Of a DNA stretch of 63,588 nt, positions 28,856 through 38,018 are shown one piece after another (position 1 is the first letter of the stretch; each line of letters opens with the position of its first letter). Source of the DNA: a virus (taxonomy: Duplodnaviria > Caudoviricetes); IMG/VR virus record IMGVR_UViG_3300045996_002625, positions 1 through 63,588 of that record; one strand, written 5' to 3'. The position numbers were made by a program, and so were the translations under genes. The notes beneath the pieces were generated by a model, which saw only the letters and a list, made by a program, of their open reading frames with translations, was not told where the DNA came from and ran no database searches.

Positions 28856-29088
28856 AGATACCCCCGTGGGCCAGGCTGCTGCTCTACATGGCAATGTCGG
28901 CCATCCCGTTCTGGATCGACTTTTTCAAACTCAGCACGGACTACAGCCTGCGCGGATTGGCGATGCCGATTCTCTCCTCGTTGCTGGCCATGGTCACCGT
29001 AGCTCTGGCGCGCACGACATCGACCGGCCCGGCCGACCAGCCACCAGAAGAACCCGCACACGAAGATCCACCCCACCACAACCCATGA
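28852..29088 (+). CDS. Holin-like 2-TM protein
   Basis: Two hydrophobic helices and a polar tail. Confidence 0.6.
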   Translation: MKIPPWARLLLYMAMSAIPFWIDFFKLSTDYSLRGLAMPILSSLLAMVTVALARTTSTGPADQPPEEPAHEDPPHHNP

Positions 29089-29303
29089 AACTGTTCATCG
29101 CCCTCCTCACCATCGCCGCCGCCATCGCCCTCTCGTCCTGCGAAACCATCGAGAGCGAGGATGGCACCCGAACGACCCGATGGGACGCCAAGGCCACCAC
29201 GGACGCGATCACGACCGGCCTGAAGACTTGGGAGCAGATCGATCGACAGAGCCGGATCATCGGCTACGACGCCTACGGGAACCCGATCTATCGGCAATAC
29301 TAA
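29085..29303 (+). CDS. Lipoprotein (possible spanin-like)
   Basis: MKLFIALLTIAAAIALSSC lipobox. Confidence 0.7.
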   Translation: MKLFIALLTIAAAIALSSCETIESEDGTRTTRWDAKATTDAITTGLKTWEQIDRQSRIIGYDAYGNPIYRQY

Positions 29304-29376
29304 GCCCGAGCGAGGGCAGAGTTTGGACAAAAGGACATTTGCCGCCGGCAGCAAAACCCTGTAGAGCAGCAACACC

Positions 29377-31659
29377 GTGGACTACGACCTCGAATCGCGA
29401 CTAAACAGCGACAGCACCCTCTTCGACTCGGCGCTTTACAACAAGCTCGCGCGAACCGCGAAGGACTACATCCAGAGCGGACTGAACGTCCTCGACTTCT
29501 ACATCCCCGACCTCGATACCTGCAACGACGTCGTCAACTGCTTCGGACCGATCGGAAAATCGTCCTTCGAGAAGGGAACCGACCGCAACAAGCCGCGGAA
29601 CTTCATCCACCCGATGACCGCGACGGAAATGTGGACCCTCGCCACCTTCATCAGCCAGATCCTCGCCGGCGGAGAAACCGTGCGCCGAGTGGAGCCCAGG
29701 AACCCCGAGGACGAAAGCAAGGCTGACCTGATCAACGAAGTCCTGCGCTGGAACGACAACCAGCAGGACACCTACGGGCAGATTTTCCACTGGTGCCGGG
29801 ACGCCGTCACCTGCAACCGCGGCGTGCTCTTCGACCACTGGGAAGACTTGGTCGCAGTGGAACTCGAGGCAGTCACCTACGAAATGCCGTGGATCGCCCC
29901 CGTCGACGAAAACGGCAAAAAGCAGATCGATCCCGAAACCGGAAAACCTTACCGGAAACCGCGGGACTACAAGGGCAAGGTCTGCACCCGATTCCGAAAG
30001 AAGCGGAAGACGATCGGAGGATTCGCGAAGATCAACCTGATCAGCCCCTACGATTTCATCTGCGACCCCGCCATGCCCCCAGGCCGGTTCCAAGAGGGCC
30101 GATTCGCCGGCCACCGCGTCCTCCTCCCGTGGGACGAACTTCGCCGCCGCAGCGAACTCCCCGTCGACCACTACCAGTATGTTCTGCCGGCCGTCGTCCA
30201 GAAGCTGAAGAACTCCAAGCAGAAGCGAGTGACCAGCATCGCCACTGGATCCACCACGAGCACCAGCCGTAGCTTTTTCGAGAGGCAACGCCGCAACCAG
30301 CCCGTCTCCACCACCACCGGATCCGACAAGATCACGAAGGAGGAGGGAGGCGTCGTCGAATGCTTCGTCCTCCAAGTCCGGATGCGCCCCACGGATTACA
30401 AGATATTCCCCGACGACACCGAAGAGGAAAAGATCGAGTTCCTGATCTCCGGCGACAGCGACCTGCTCTCGGTCAACATCACGACCAACAAGCACGACCA
30501 ATACCCCTACAGCGTCGGCGAAGCGCGCCCGAACGGGCACATGCAGTTTATGCCTTCGTGGGCCATGATCATCCGCGGCCCGCAATCCTTCGTCGATTAT
30601 ATGTGCACCAGGCGCCGCGAGAGCCTCGCGCGCACGAGCGGAAACATCTTTATCGGCAATCCGTCATGGGTGGACTTCAACGCTTTCACCGATCCGGACA
30701 AAGACGGCCTCTTCATCCCGATCACCCCCGAGGGCGCAGGAAAGCCGATCGACCAGATCATCAAGCAAGTGCCCGTCCAAGACACCACAGCGAACTTCTA
30801 CGACGAAGTCGACCGCTGGCAGAAGACCAGCGAGGAAGCCACCGGTGCCCACGCCCCGATGCAGGGATCCAAGGAAGAGGGCGACCCCACAGCGACCGAA
30901 TTCGTCGGCACCCAGCAAATGGCACAGGGACGCATCAGCACGATCGCCCGCCTTCTCTCCGCCGGCGGACTCGTCCCGCAAACGCAGCGCATCGTCTCCA
31001 ACCTGCAGCAGTTCCTGCCCGACGAGATGACCATCCGCATCAGCGGAGATCAGGATCAATTCGACCCCGACAAGCCCGTCCAGCACTTCCGCCGCTTCGC
31101 TCGTGACGCCTCCGAGTTCCAAGACGAAGACGGCAAACCCATGCCGAAGTTTGAAGACGACGGCGAGACGCCCGTCATCGATCCGGAAACCGGCGATTTC
31201 ATGATCGACGACCGCGGACTCCTCCCTGACATCCAAGGCGAATTCGACGTCGTCGCCCACGACGGAGCACTCCCAGGCACCGACGCCAAGAAGGTCGCCG
31301 CCCTCTCGCGAGCGGTGGAGAGCTACAGCAGCAACCCGGCGCTACAGGTCGCCTTCGACCGAACCAAGCCAGGCGCGATCGACCCGATCAAACTCTTCCA
31401 GAAGTTTCTCAAGGCGATCGACCTGCCGACCGAAGGGATCATCGTCACGCGCGAACAGGCACAGAAGAACCTGCTCGAAATGTCGCTCGCCGGAGGAGCC
31501 GGCATCCCGCTCGCCCCGCAGGAACCACCGACACCGGAAGCCCCGATGATTCCTGCCCCGCCGACGATTCCAGACCCGAACGCACCCATGCCGAGCGCAG
31601 CGGAGCTTCCCCCGACTCCGACAGCGGAGCCACCGGGCCCGAGCCCGATGATGGTGTAG
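29377..31659 (+). CDS. Portal protein (P22-like)
   Basis: 760 aa; VEPRNPEDESKA, ISPYDFICDP, TATE motifs; first gene of the head block. Confidence 0.8.
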   Translation: MDYDLESRLNSDSTLFDSALYNKLARTAKDYIQSGLNVLDFYIPDLDTCNDVVNCFGPIGKSSFEKGTDRNKPRNFIHPMTATEMWTLATFISQILAGGETVRRVEPRNPEDESKADLINEVLRWNDNQQDTYGQIFHWCRDAVTCNRGVLFDHWEDLVAVELEAVTYEMPWIAPVDENGKKQIDPETGKPYRKPRDYKGKVCTRFRKKRKTIGGFAKINLISPYDFICDPAMPPGRFQEGRFAGHRVLLPWDELRRRSELPVDHYQYVLPAVVQKLKNSKQKRVTSIATGSTTSTSRSFFERQRRNQPVSTTTGSDKITKEEGGVVECFVLQVRMRPTDYKIFPDDTEEEKIEFLISGDSDLLSVNITTNKHDQYPYSVGEARPNGHMQFMPSWAMIIRGPQSFVDYMCTRRRESLARTSGNIFIGNPSWVDFNAFTDPDKDGLFIPITPEGAGKPIDQIIKQVPVQDTTANFYDEVDRWQKTSEEATGAHAPMQGSKEEGDPTATEFVGTQQMAQGRISTIARLLSAGGLVPQTQRIVSNLQQFLPDEMTIRISGDQDQFDPDKPVQHFRRFARDASEFQDEDGKPMPKFEDDGETPVIDPETGDFMIDDRGLLPDIQGEFDVVAHDGALPGTDAKKVAALSRAVESYSSNPALQVAFDRTKPGAIDPIKLFQKFLKAIDLPTEGIIVTREQAQKNLLEMSLAGGAGIPLAPQEPPTPEAPMIPAPPTIPDPNAPMPSAAELPPTPTAEPPGPSPMMV

Positions 31660-31702
31660 AAAAGGTTTGCGATTGGGATAAAATTCTGTCAGCAGTGCTG
31701 AC

Positions 31703-31969
31703 ATGAAGCGCTTGACCTTCCTCGCCACCATTTTCGCAGCGATCAGTGCCGCCTTACTCGGAGTCAAGCGAGAGAAGTTCCCCAACCGAATCAAGGTTAA
31801 TGGAAACGAATGGCACCGAGGAGATCAAATCTATGACGCGGACGGATCCAATTGGTGCGTATACTCAATCCCTGGAGAGACAACCTGCGCCTTCCTTGAG
31901 GAAACCGGCAGGTTCATGATCTACAGATACGGATCGAACGACTACGAGACGATCCACATCGCATCGTGA
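31703..31969 (+). CDS. Small protein with signal-like N-terminus
   Basis: MKRLTFLATIFAAISAALLG. Confidence 0.55.
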   Translation: MKRLTFLATIFAAISAALLGVKREKFPNRIKVNGNEWHRGDQIYDADGSNWCVYSIPGETTCAFLEETGRFMIYRYGSNDYETIHIAS

Positions 31970-32235
31970 GCAAACCCGACGAAATCACCAGCCGCATGGC
32001 CGAGGCGATGCAGGACGTCGGCCCAGACGCGATCCTCGTCGCGCGGAGATCATGGAACGAAGGGAACCTCGCCAAGCGCATGATCGAAATTGAGGCTGGC
32101 CGACTGATCAAAAGCGCGCGAAATACCCTCGAAACCATTTCCCCCGGAGACCTGCTCAAAGAGCAAGGACGCATCGCCGGAATCCGAGAGCTACTCGGAG
32201 CCATCAACGCCCTACACCAGAAAGCCAACCCATGA
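31966..32235 (+). CDS. Small head-module protein
   Basis: ..LLKEQGRIAGIRELL, typical of post-portal genes. Confidence 0.6.
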   Translation: MSKPDEITSRMAEAMQDVGPDAILVARRSWNEGNLAKRMIEIEAGRLIKSARNTLETISPGDLLKEQGRIAGIRELLGAINALHQKANP

Positions 32236-32861
32236 AGTGCCCCAACTGCGCCCCGTCCCAACTCGTCGAACTGACGATCCTACCCGAAGAGAAATTCTCG
32301 ATCTCAGCAATGCTCGTCTGCCCTGTCTGCCGCGGAGAATTCACGCCGGCCGAAGCCATGGCGCGCAACAAGGTCATCATGCCAGAGACTCAGGAGCGCC
32401 TCGGGATGGATAAAACGGAGACGTTCGCATCGCCGGAAGAACTGAAGGCCAAGACCAACGAACCGCCGGAGATAGTCCGCCCGGCCATGACCGAGCAAGT
32501 CCAAGCGATGGCCGAGAGGTTGATGTTTGGTCCTCCTCCTGTCGTAACGCCATCGAGGAACAACGACGCCCACATCATCCTCGACAAGGAACTCCGCCGC
32601 GATATCGATGCGATCATCCAGCGCCTGAAGAATGGAACCGGCGAACTCAACACTCCCCCAATTCCCGTCCCGTATGCGCAACGCAAGAGCCGCGAGCGCA
32701 GCCTCGCCATCACCAAGCTCCAAGAGGCCGTCATGTGGCTCGGCATGGACCTGAAGGCGATCAACGACGAGAACCCGGGAACCATCCCCAACCCATACCC
32801 CCACAGTAAGGATCCCAGCACCTCGAAGATCGACCCCACCGCAGACGGCCTGAAACTCTAA
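32232..32861 (+). CDS. Zn ribbon plus Acb2/Tad1-like helical hairpin
   Basis: CPNC/CPVC; SRERSLAITKLQEAVMWLGMDL. Confidence 0.55.
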   Translation: MKCPNCAPSQLVELTILPEEKFSISAMLVCPVCRGEFTPAEAMARNKVIMPETQERLGMDKTETFASPEELKAKTNEPPEIVRPAMTEQVQAMAERLMFGPPPVVTPSRNNDAHIILDKELRRDIDAIIQRLKNGTGELNTPPIPVPYAQRKSRERSLAITKLQEAVMWLGMDLKAINDENPGTIPNPYPHSKDPSTSKIDPTADGLKL

Positions 32862-32865
32862 GCCC

Positions 32866-34092
32866 ATGAAGATCAACCCGCTCGCAACCAGCATCGCCAC
32901 GATTTACCTCGCGCCCGACTCCGACGCCGGCAGCGGCGGAGGCAATACTCCTGCGCCAGCCCCGGCTGCGCCCGCCTCAGAGCCAGCACCCGCTCCTGCA
33001 GTCACGGCCGACAAGAGCCCCACGGGCCTCGACATCCCGAGAGCGCCCGATCGAAAGCAGCCGGAGGCGAAGATCATCCAGCCCGAGCCCGTGAAGCAGA
33101 AGGGCATCATCAGCGTCAAGAAAGCCTTCGGACTCGAGGAAAACCCGAGCGTCATGCTGACGAAGAAGGCGAAGGAGTATCGCGCCCAGCAGACGAAGGG
33201 GGATATCGAAGCCCCTCCCGTCCGAAAGAATACGAAGTCCGAGGACACTGCGGAGCCACCGCCAACCCCAGAACCAAAGGTCGAGGAACCAAAGCCTGCA
33301 AAACCGGCCACGCCCGCCCCTGAGGCCGCGCCGCCGACTCCCGCGCCAAAGTTCAAGTTCCGCGGCAAGGAGATGACGACCGACGAGATAGCCGCCGAAC
33401 TGGCGACGCTCGAATCCAAGCTCGGAAAGGCGCCGGAAACGGAATCCGCCACGCCGTCATCCACCCAAGCGGAAACCCCTGAGCAACGCGCCGCGAGTGA
33501 GAAGGCCAGGCTCGACGAATACTTCAAGCGCGGGCGCCAGGACTTCCCCATGGACCAGAAGCGCTTCGACAAAATCCTCGCCGATGGCGACGTCGAAGAA
33601 TTCGCCAAGTTCACCCTTGAGCGCGAACTCGCCCTGAGAACATGGGTGGAGCAGACTCTCAACCCGATACTTTCTGATCTCCAGCGCGGGATCCAAAAGT
33701 CGGACGGAGCAGTCGCTGCGTGGAACGAAGTCCAGCAATACCGCGACGAGGCCACATTCCTCGAGAAGAACCCCGACCTTCGCCCCCGCCTCGAAAGCGT
33801 CCGGAGCGTCCGTAATGCGCTTGCGACCAAATATCCCAACGAATGGGCGAAGATGAGCGCGGAGGAACGCGACGAGGAAACCGCCAACGCTGTCCGTTCG
33901 ATCTTTGGAGCCACCACGCCAGCCCAGGCAACGCCTGCGGTGCCCGCGGCTCCTGCAACCCCCACTCCAACGCCGAAGCCGCCCACGCCGCGCCCCGCGC
34001 CGCCGACGGCCACGCTCACCAGTGGAGGAGGCGGTGGTAGCCGACCCTACAACATCAACAGCCCTCAGCGCCTCATCGCGAAGGGCAAGTAG
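32866..34092 (+). CDS. Putative scaffolding protein
   Basis: Pro/Ala-rich N-terminus, helical C-terminus, upstream of the capsid gene. Confidence 0.7.
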   Translation: MKINPLATSIATIYLAPDSDAGSGGGNTPAPAPAAPASEPAPAPAVTADKSPTGLDIPRAPDRKQPEAKIIQPEPVKQKGIISVKKAFGLEENPSVMLTKKAKEYRAQQTKGDIEAPPVRKNTKSEDTAEPPPTPEPKVEEPKPAKPATPAPEAAPPTPAPKFKFRGKEMTTDEIAAELATLESKLGKAPETESATPSSTQAETPEQRAASEKARLDEYFKRGRQDFPMDQKRFDKILADGDVEEFAKFTLERELALRTWVEQTLNPILSDLQRGIQKSDGAVAAWNEVQQYRDEATFLEKNPDLRPRLESVRSVRNALATKYPNEWAKMSAEERDEETANAVRSIFGATTPAQATPAVPAAPATPTPTPKPPTPRPAPPTATLTSGGGGGSRPYNINSPQRLIAKGK

Positions 34093-34094
34093 GG

Positions 34095-34328
34095 CTACCC
34101 GAGAGAGCCAGGCCAGAACTGGTTCAGCGCCCAGATCACGACCAGCAGGATCATCGCGATCCCGATCACCAGTTTAAATGGAGTCGGGATGGCCCCACCG
34201 ATTATCCAGCGCTCGATCGCGTAGATCAGCCCACCGACCACCGCGATCACCACGAGCAGCACCAAGAACGAGATCAGCAACTGCGGCAGATTGACCGCCG
34301 CAACGAGAGGTATAAGGAGCGAGTTCAT
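34095..34328 (-). CDS. Small 2-TM membrane protein, antisense to the head operon
   Basis: 77 aa; LLISFLVLLVVIAVVGGLIY..IPTPFKLVIGIAMILLVVIWAL. Confidence 0.75.
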   Translation of the reverse strand: MNSLLIPLVAAVNLPQLLISFLVLLVVIAVVGGLIYAIERWIIGGAIPTPFKLVIGIAMILLVVIWALNQFWPGSLG

Positions 34329-34490
34329 GCGCGCGGAATCGCACCACGTGCATTTCCCGCACCTCAAATGAGGCGGAAAAAATGAACGTGACCACCCGCC
34401 GATCAAGGAAACATCGGCATTTAGGCAAACTCTGTCCCCGGAATCAGAGAGCCCTTGTGGCATTTGTCCAAATGGACAAATCTCAGAGGC

Positions 34491-35846
34491 ATGAAATTCG
34501 CCACCTACCTCGCCTTCGCTGCGGCCATGATCGTGGCCGCGATCATCAACCCCCAGATCGCCGGCCTGCTCCTGATGGCGATTTTCATCGTCGGAGCCCT
34601 TCTGAGTACCCCAGCCCGAGGCGTGGCTTACGCCAACGTCGCTGGATTCCTTGGAACTGCGACCGCGGACGCCAACGACAACGTCGGGGAATGGCAGCAG
34701 TACGTCCTGCACCGAAACGGAAAGGGCATGAACTCCGGATCGACGCTCTTCGGCCTCATGAGTCGCCTCGCGAACGAAGACGCCGATGCCCAGGTCTACA
34801 ACTGGTGGGAAAAGGATCCGCTGCGCCGCGTCTTCTACGCGACCGCCGCGCGCACCGATGCCGACACCACGATCTCCTTTGACGACAACGCCACGAGTCC
34901 CGACACCACGATTTGGGTTTTCCTCCGCGCTGGTGCCGTCCTCCTCAACGACCGGACTGGCGAGCGCATCCGTGTTGCGGCCACGCCGACCACGACCACG
35001 GTCACCATCACACGCGGCATTCAGTCGACCAGCGCCGCGGCCATCAACGAAAACGACGGCTTCACCCTCGTCACCTTCGCCAAGGCAAATGGCGCAGTTC
35101 CGGCACGCTCGGCATACGCCCAGCCCACCAGCTACCAGAACTACATCCAGACCTTCAACGCGACGGCCTCGGTGGAGAACGCCTACAAGGCCGGCATCCT
35201 GCGCACGGACCTCGACGGCCCGATCGAGGAAGCCCAACTCGACGCTCTCGAGCAGATCGGCAACGACATCGAATACGCCTACTTCCTCGGCATCAAGGAA
35301 GTCGCCTCCCTGACCGAAGGCGCGACCTACTACACCGGCGGGATCAAGGCGGCCGTCGATGCGGCGAGCCTGACCAGCAACATCCTCAACGGCAACGGCA
35401 GCAGCGGCGTCAACCTATCGGACTTCAACGACTGGATGGAAAACATCATGACGTGGGGCAGCGACGTGAAGCTCTTCTTCGGTGGCCCCCGCGCCTACAG
35501 CGCGATCAGCCGCTACGCGATCAGCGCGGCCGGCGGATACCGCACCACGGACGACAGCAAGACCGTATGGGGCATCAACATCGAGACGATCAAGACGCCC
35601 TTCGGCGAGATCGGCATGGCCAGCCACCCGCTGTTCAAGAACAACGTCCTCCTCAACGACTGGGGGTTTGTGATCGACCTGCAGTTGATCGTCCAGAAGG
35701 TCATGGAGCCTCTCTTCTTCCAGGAATACGAACCGACCAACGGCCAGGACGCCTGGCAGGGCCAATTCCGCGCGAAGCTCGGCATCAAGATGAAGTTCCC
35801 GCAGGCCTTCGGGTACTGCTACGACTTCAGCAAGATCAACGCCTAA
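34491..35846 (+). CDS. Major capsid protein with hydrophobic N-terminal extension
   Basis: YNWWEK, YQNYIQTF, DIEYAYFLG, YTGGI, WGINIETIKTPFGEI..HPLF (SU10/DUF5309-like). Confidence 0.85.
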   Translation: MKFATYLAFAAAMIVAAIINPQIAGLLLMAIFIVGALLSTPARGVAYANVAGFLGTATADANDNVGEWQQYVLHRNGKGMNSGSTLFGLMSRLANEDADAQVYNWWEKDPLRRVFYATAARTDADTTISFDDNATSPDTTIWVFLRAGAVLLNDRTGERIRVAATPTTTTVTITRGIQSTSAAAINENDGFTLVTFAKANGAVPARSAYAQPTSYQNYIQTFNATASVENAYKAGILRTDLDGPIEEAQLDALEQIGNDIEYAYFLGIKEVASLTEGATYYTGGIKAAVDAASLTSNILNGNGSSGVNLSDFNDWMENIMTWGSDVKLFFGGPRAYSAISRYAISAAGGYRTTDDSKTVWGINIETIKTPFGEIGMASHPLFKNNVLLNDWGFVIDLQLIVQKVMEPLFFQEYEPTNGQDAWQGQFRAKLGIKMKFPQAFGYCYDFSKINA

Positions 35847-35882
35847 TTGACAGCGTAGCGCTGAACTGCTTCGCTAACTGCC

Positions 35883-36170
35883 ATGTCATCCGAACCAGCA
35901 CCGACGAAGAGGCCGCGGAAGATCGCTCCCCCAGGAGCCCCTGCGTCCAGCGCCCCTCAATCAAGCACCTCGCCGACGGCAGCGACGAGCGATGGAGGGG
36001 TGATCTTCGTGAAGAACCAAATCGTCGAGAAAATCAAGTTTTCCGATGGGACGTATCATCAGTTCACGCAGAGCAAGACCCTCGTCGAAGATCCCGAACT
36101 GATCGCCAAGCTGCGCGAAGCCGCGCAGCGCCCGGGCAACCCTTACGGCATCTTCGAAGTCGAATCGTGA
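35883..36170 (+). CDS. Hypothetical virion-module protein
   Basis: 95-aa ORF after the capsid gene. Confidence 0.6.
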   Translation: MSSEPAPTKRPRKIAPPGAPASSAPQSSTSPTAATSDGGVIFVKNQIVEKIKFSDGTYHQFTQSKTLVEDPELIAKLREAAQRPGNPYGIFEVES

Positions 36171-36343
36171 AGACGCTCCTCAACATCAGAGTCACCGAAG
36201 TCGCCAACGGATACACCGTCGTCAACACGCCGAGTGGAAAGCCGCCGGAGACGAAGGTGGCCCTGACAAAGGAGCAGGCTGCGAAGATCGTGGCCGACTT
36301 CACCAATACCAACCTCAACCTGCCCGAAGCGAAGCCCGCGTAA
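36167..36343 (+). CDS. Small hypothetical protein
   Basis: IRVTEVANGYTV; GTGA-coupled. Confidence 0.55.
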   Translation: MKTLLNIRVTEVANGYTVVNTPSGKPPETKVALTKEQAAKIVADFTNTNLNLPEAKPA

Positions 36344-36543
36344 GGCGCATCCACACCACCACCATGAAAGGCAAAATCACCAGCGCAGCCAACGACCAGG
36401 CACAGCAGCGCAAGAACCTCGGCGGGATGCCGCCGAAGAAGAGCGTCGCTGAGATCATGAAGGTCAACACGCCTTCTGGGCGCAAGCCGGCCCCTGATTC
36501 GTTCCGCCCGCGGCGCTAAAGACAACATTCAGTTTCCATTGAG

Positions 36544-36598
36544 ACTCCGGCGAGGCGTGGCAGCAATGCTCGCCGCACTCGCCGGAGTTTTTCTTTTT
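36544..36598 (+). terminator. Intrinsic terminator
   Basis: ACTCCGGCGAG...CTCGCCGGAGT followed by TTTTCTTTT. Confidence 0.7.
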
Positions 36599-36604
36599 AC
36601 CCAC

Positions 36605-37273
36605 ATGGCGACCCTAGCAGACCTGACGCGCGAGATCGGAGAGATGGAGATCCGAGGGAACCCTTTCAAAACCGACGTGAAAGGGTGGGTGAACCGAGCC
36701 ATCCGAGCGATCGCCGAGCGCCGCGAGTGGACGTGGATGCACAGCCGGCAAAGCGTCACGATCCTCGCCGGCGCCACAAGCGCGAACCTCAGCGCGCGAT
36801 TCAAATGCCTCGACTCGCAGCGCAGCCCCGTCACCTTCACTGCTCCAGGCGCAAACTTCCCGACGCCGGTTTTTGTCAAGACGAGAGCAGAGCTCGAGCG
36901 CATGAATCCTGGCGCGTTCGGAAACGTCGTCAACGCCAGTGGAGCGTGGAGTCCGTTCTACGTCTTCATCGAGAAGAACGACGATGGGCTATGGACAATC
37001 AACGTGCCTCCGATGTTACCCTACGCGACCGCCGCGACCTACGCCATCTCGTGTTTCCTCTACCCCGAGGAACTCACGGCCGGCGACGACACCAACGGCT
37101 GCACCAACAACGGAGAGCTCGCCGAGGCAATTATCATGTGGTGCAAATGGAAGGCGCTGCCGAAGTCGGAACCAGAGAGCCAGGCCGCGCGCGCCACGTT
37201 CAACGACATCATCCAGACGCAGGCCGTCGCCGACGCCCGCAGCACCCTTCTGGGTCGCACCGTCCAATGGTAA
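36605..37273 (+). CDS. Head-tail adaptor-like protein
   Basis: MATLADL...WVNRAIRAI..WTW pattern; position. Confidence 0.65.
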   Translation: MATLADLTREIGEMEIRGNPFKTDVKGWVNRAIRAIAERREWTWMHSRQSVTILAGATSANLSARFKCLDSQRSPVTFTAPGANFPTPVFVKTRAELERMNPGAFGNVVNASGAWSPFYVFIEKNDDGLWTINVPPMLPYATAATYAISCFLYPEELTAGDDTNGCTNNGELAEAIIMWCKWKALPKSEPESQAARATFNDIIQTQAVADARSTLLGRTVQW

Positions 37274-37277
37274 CACG

Positions 37278-38018
37278 ATGAGCACCCTCCTCGAAATCAA
37301 GCAGCAGATCGCCACCTACCTCGGCCGCGACGAGGTGACAGACCTCAACCCGAGCACGGAACTCTCAGGGATCAATATCGATCTTGGAACCTACGCCGTA
37401 AACGAGGCCATGCTGCGGATCCAGCGAATGGTCGACCTGAAATACTGCGAGAACACCTACGCCCTTTCGATCGCCTCCACCGGCACGGCCCTCAGTGCTG
37501 CCACGGGACTCTCCGGAGCCGTCATCAAGCGCGTCGAGAGCGTCCAGCTTCCTATCTCCGGAGGAGATTACATCCCGATTGAGTTTCTGACGGAGAAAGA
37601 GTGGACAGACCGCGTCCAGCGCGCGATCGGACGCCAAGAATATGACGCCGCAGCCACGCTAGACGAACTTGGCCTCACGCAAGGCAACCCTCTCGCCTAT
37701 CAGCGCGGATCGACCATATACCTCGCTCCAGCCGCGCAGTTCACATTTCCAGTGGCGGCAAGAATCGACGTCTACAGCTTCCTCGCGCCTGTCAGCGCCG
37801 ACGCCGACAACAACTTCCTGACCAACATCGCTCCGGATTATCTGCTTTGGCAGGGAGTGCTTGAGGTGAACAAATTCTATCGGCGCCACGTCGTCAAGCA
37901 GGAGGGGAACATCGACGAGGCGAGCGTGAAAGAGTACCGCGACGAAGCCCAGGCGTCACTCCTCCAGTGGAACCGCGAGATTGAAGCCGGGACGAGCACC
38001 CCACCACCGGAGGAGTAA
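37278..38018 (+). CDS. Second adaptor-like protein
   Basis: MSTLLEIKQQIATYLGR...NNFLTNIAPDYLLW. Confidence 0.65.
   Translation: MSTLLEIKQQIATYLGRDEVTDLNPSTELSGINIDLGTYAVNEAMLRIQRMVDLKYCENTYALSIASTGTALSAATGLSGAVIKRVESVQLPISGGDYIPIEFLTEKEWTDRVQRAIGRQEYDAAATLDELGLTQGNPLAYQRGSTIYLAPAAQFTFPVAARIDVYSFLAPVSADADNNFLTNIAPDYLLWQGVLEVNKFYRRHVVKQEGNIDEASVKEYRDEAQASLLQWNREIEAGTSTPPPEE

Noticed and set aside
34913-36166. Long Arg/Pro-rich alternate + frames (also 879-2099, 42481-43734)
   Set aside because: Low-complexity frame artefacts; only the distal coupled portions look genuine where present
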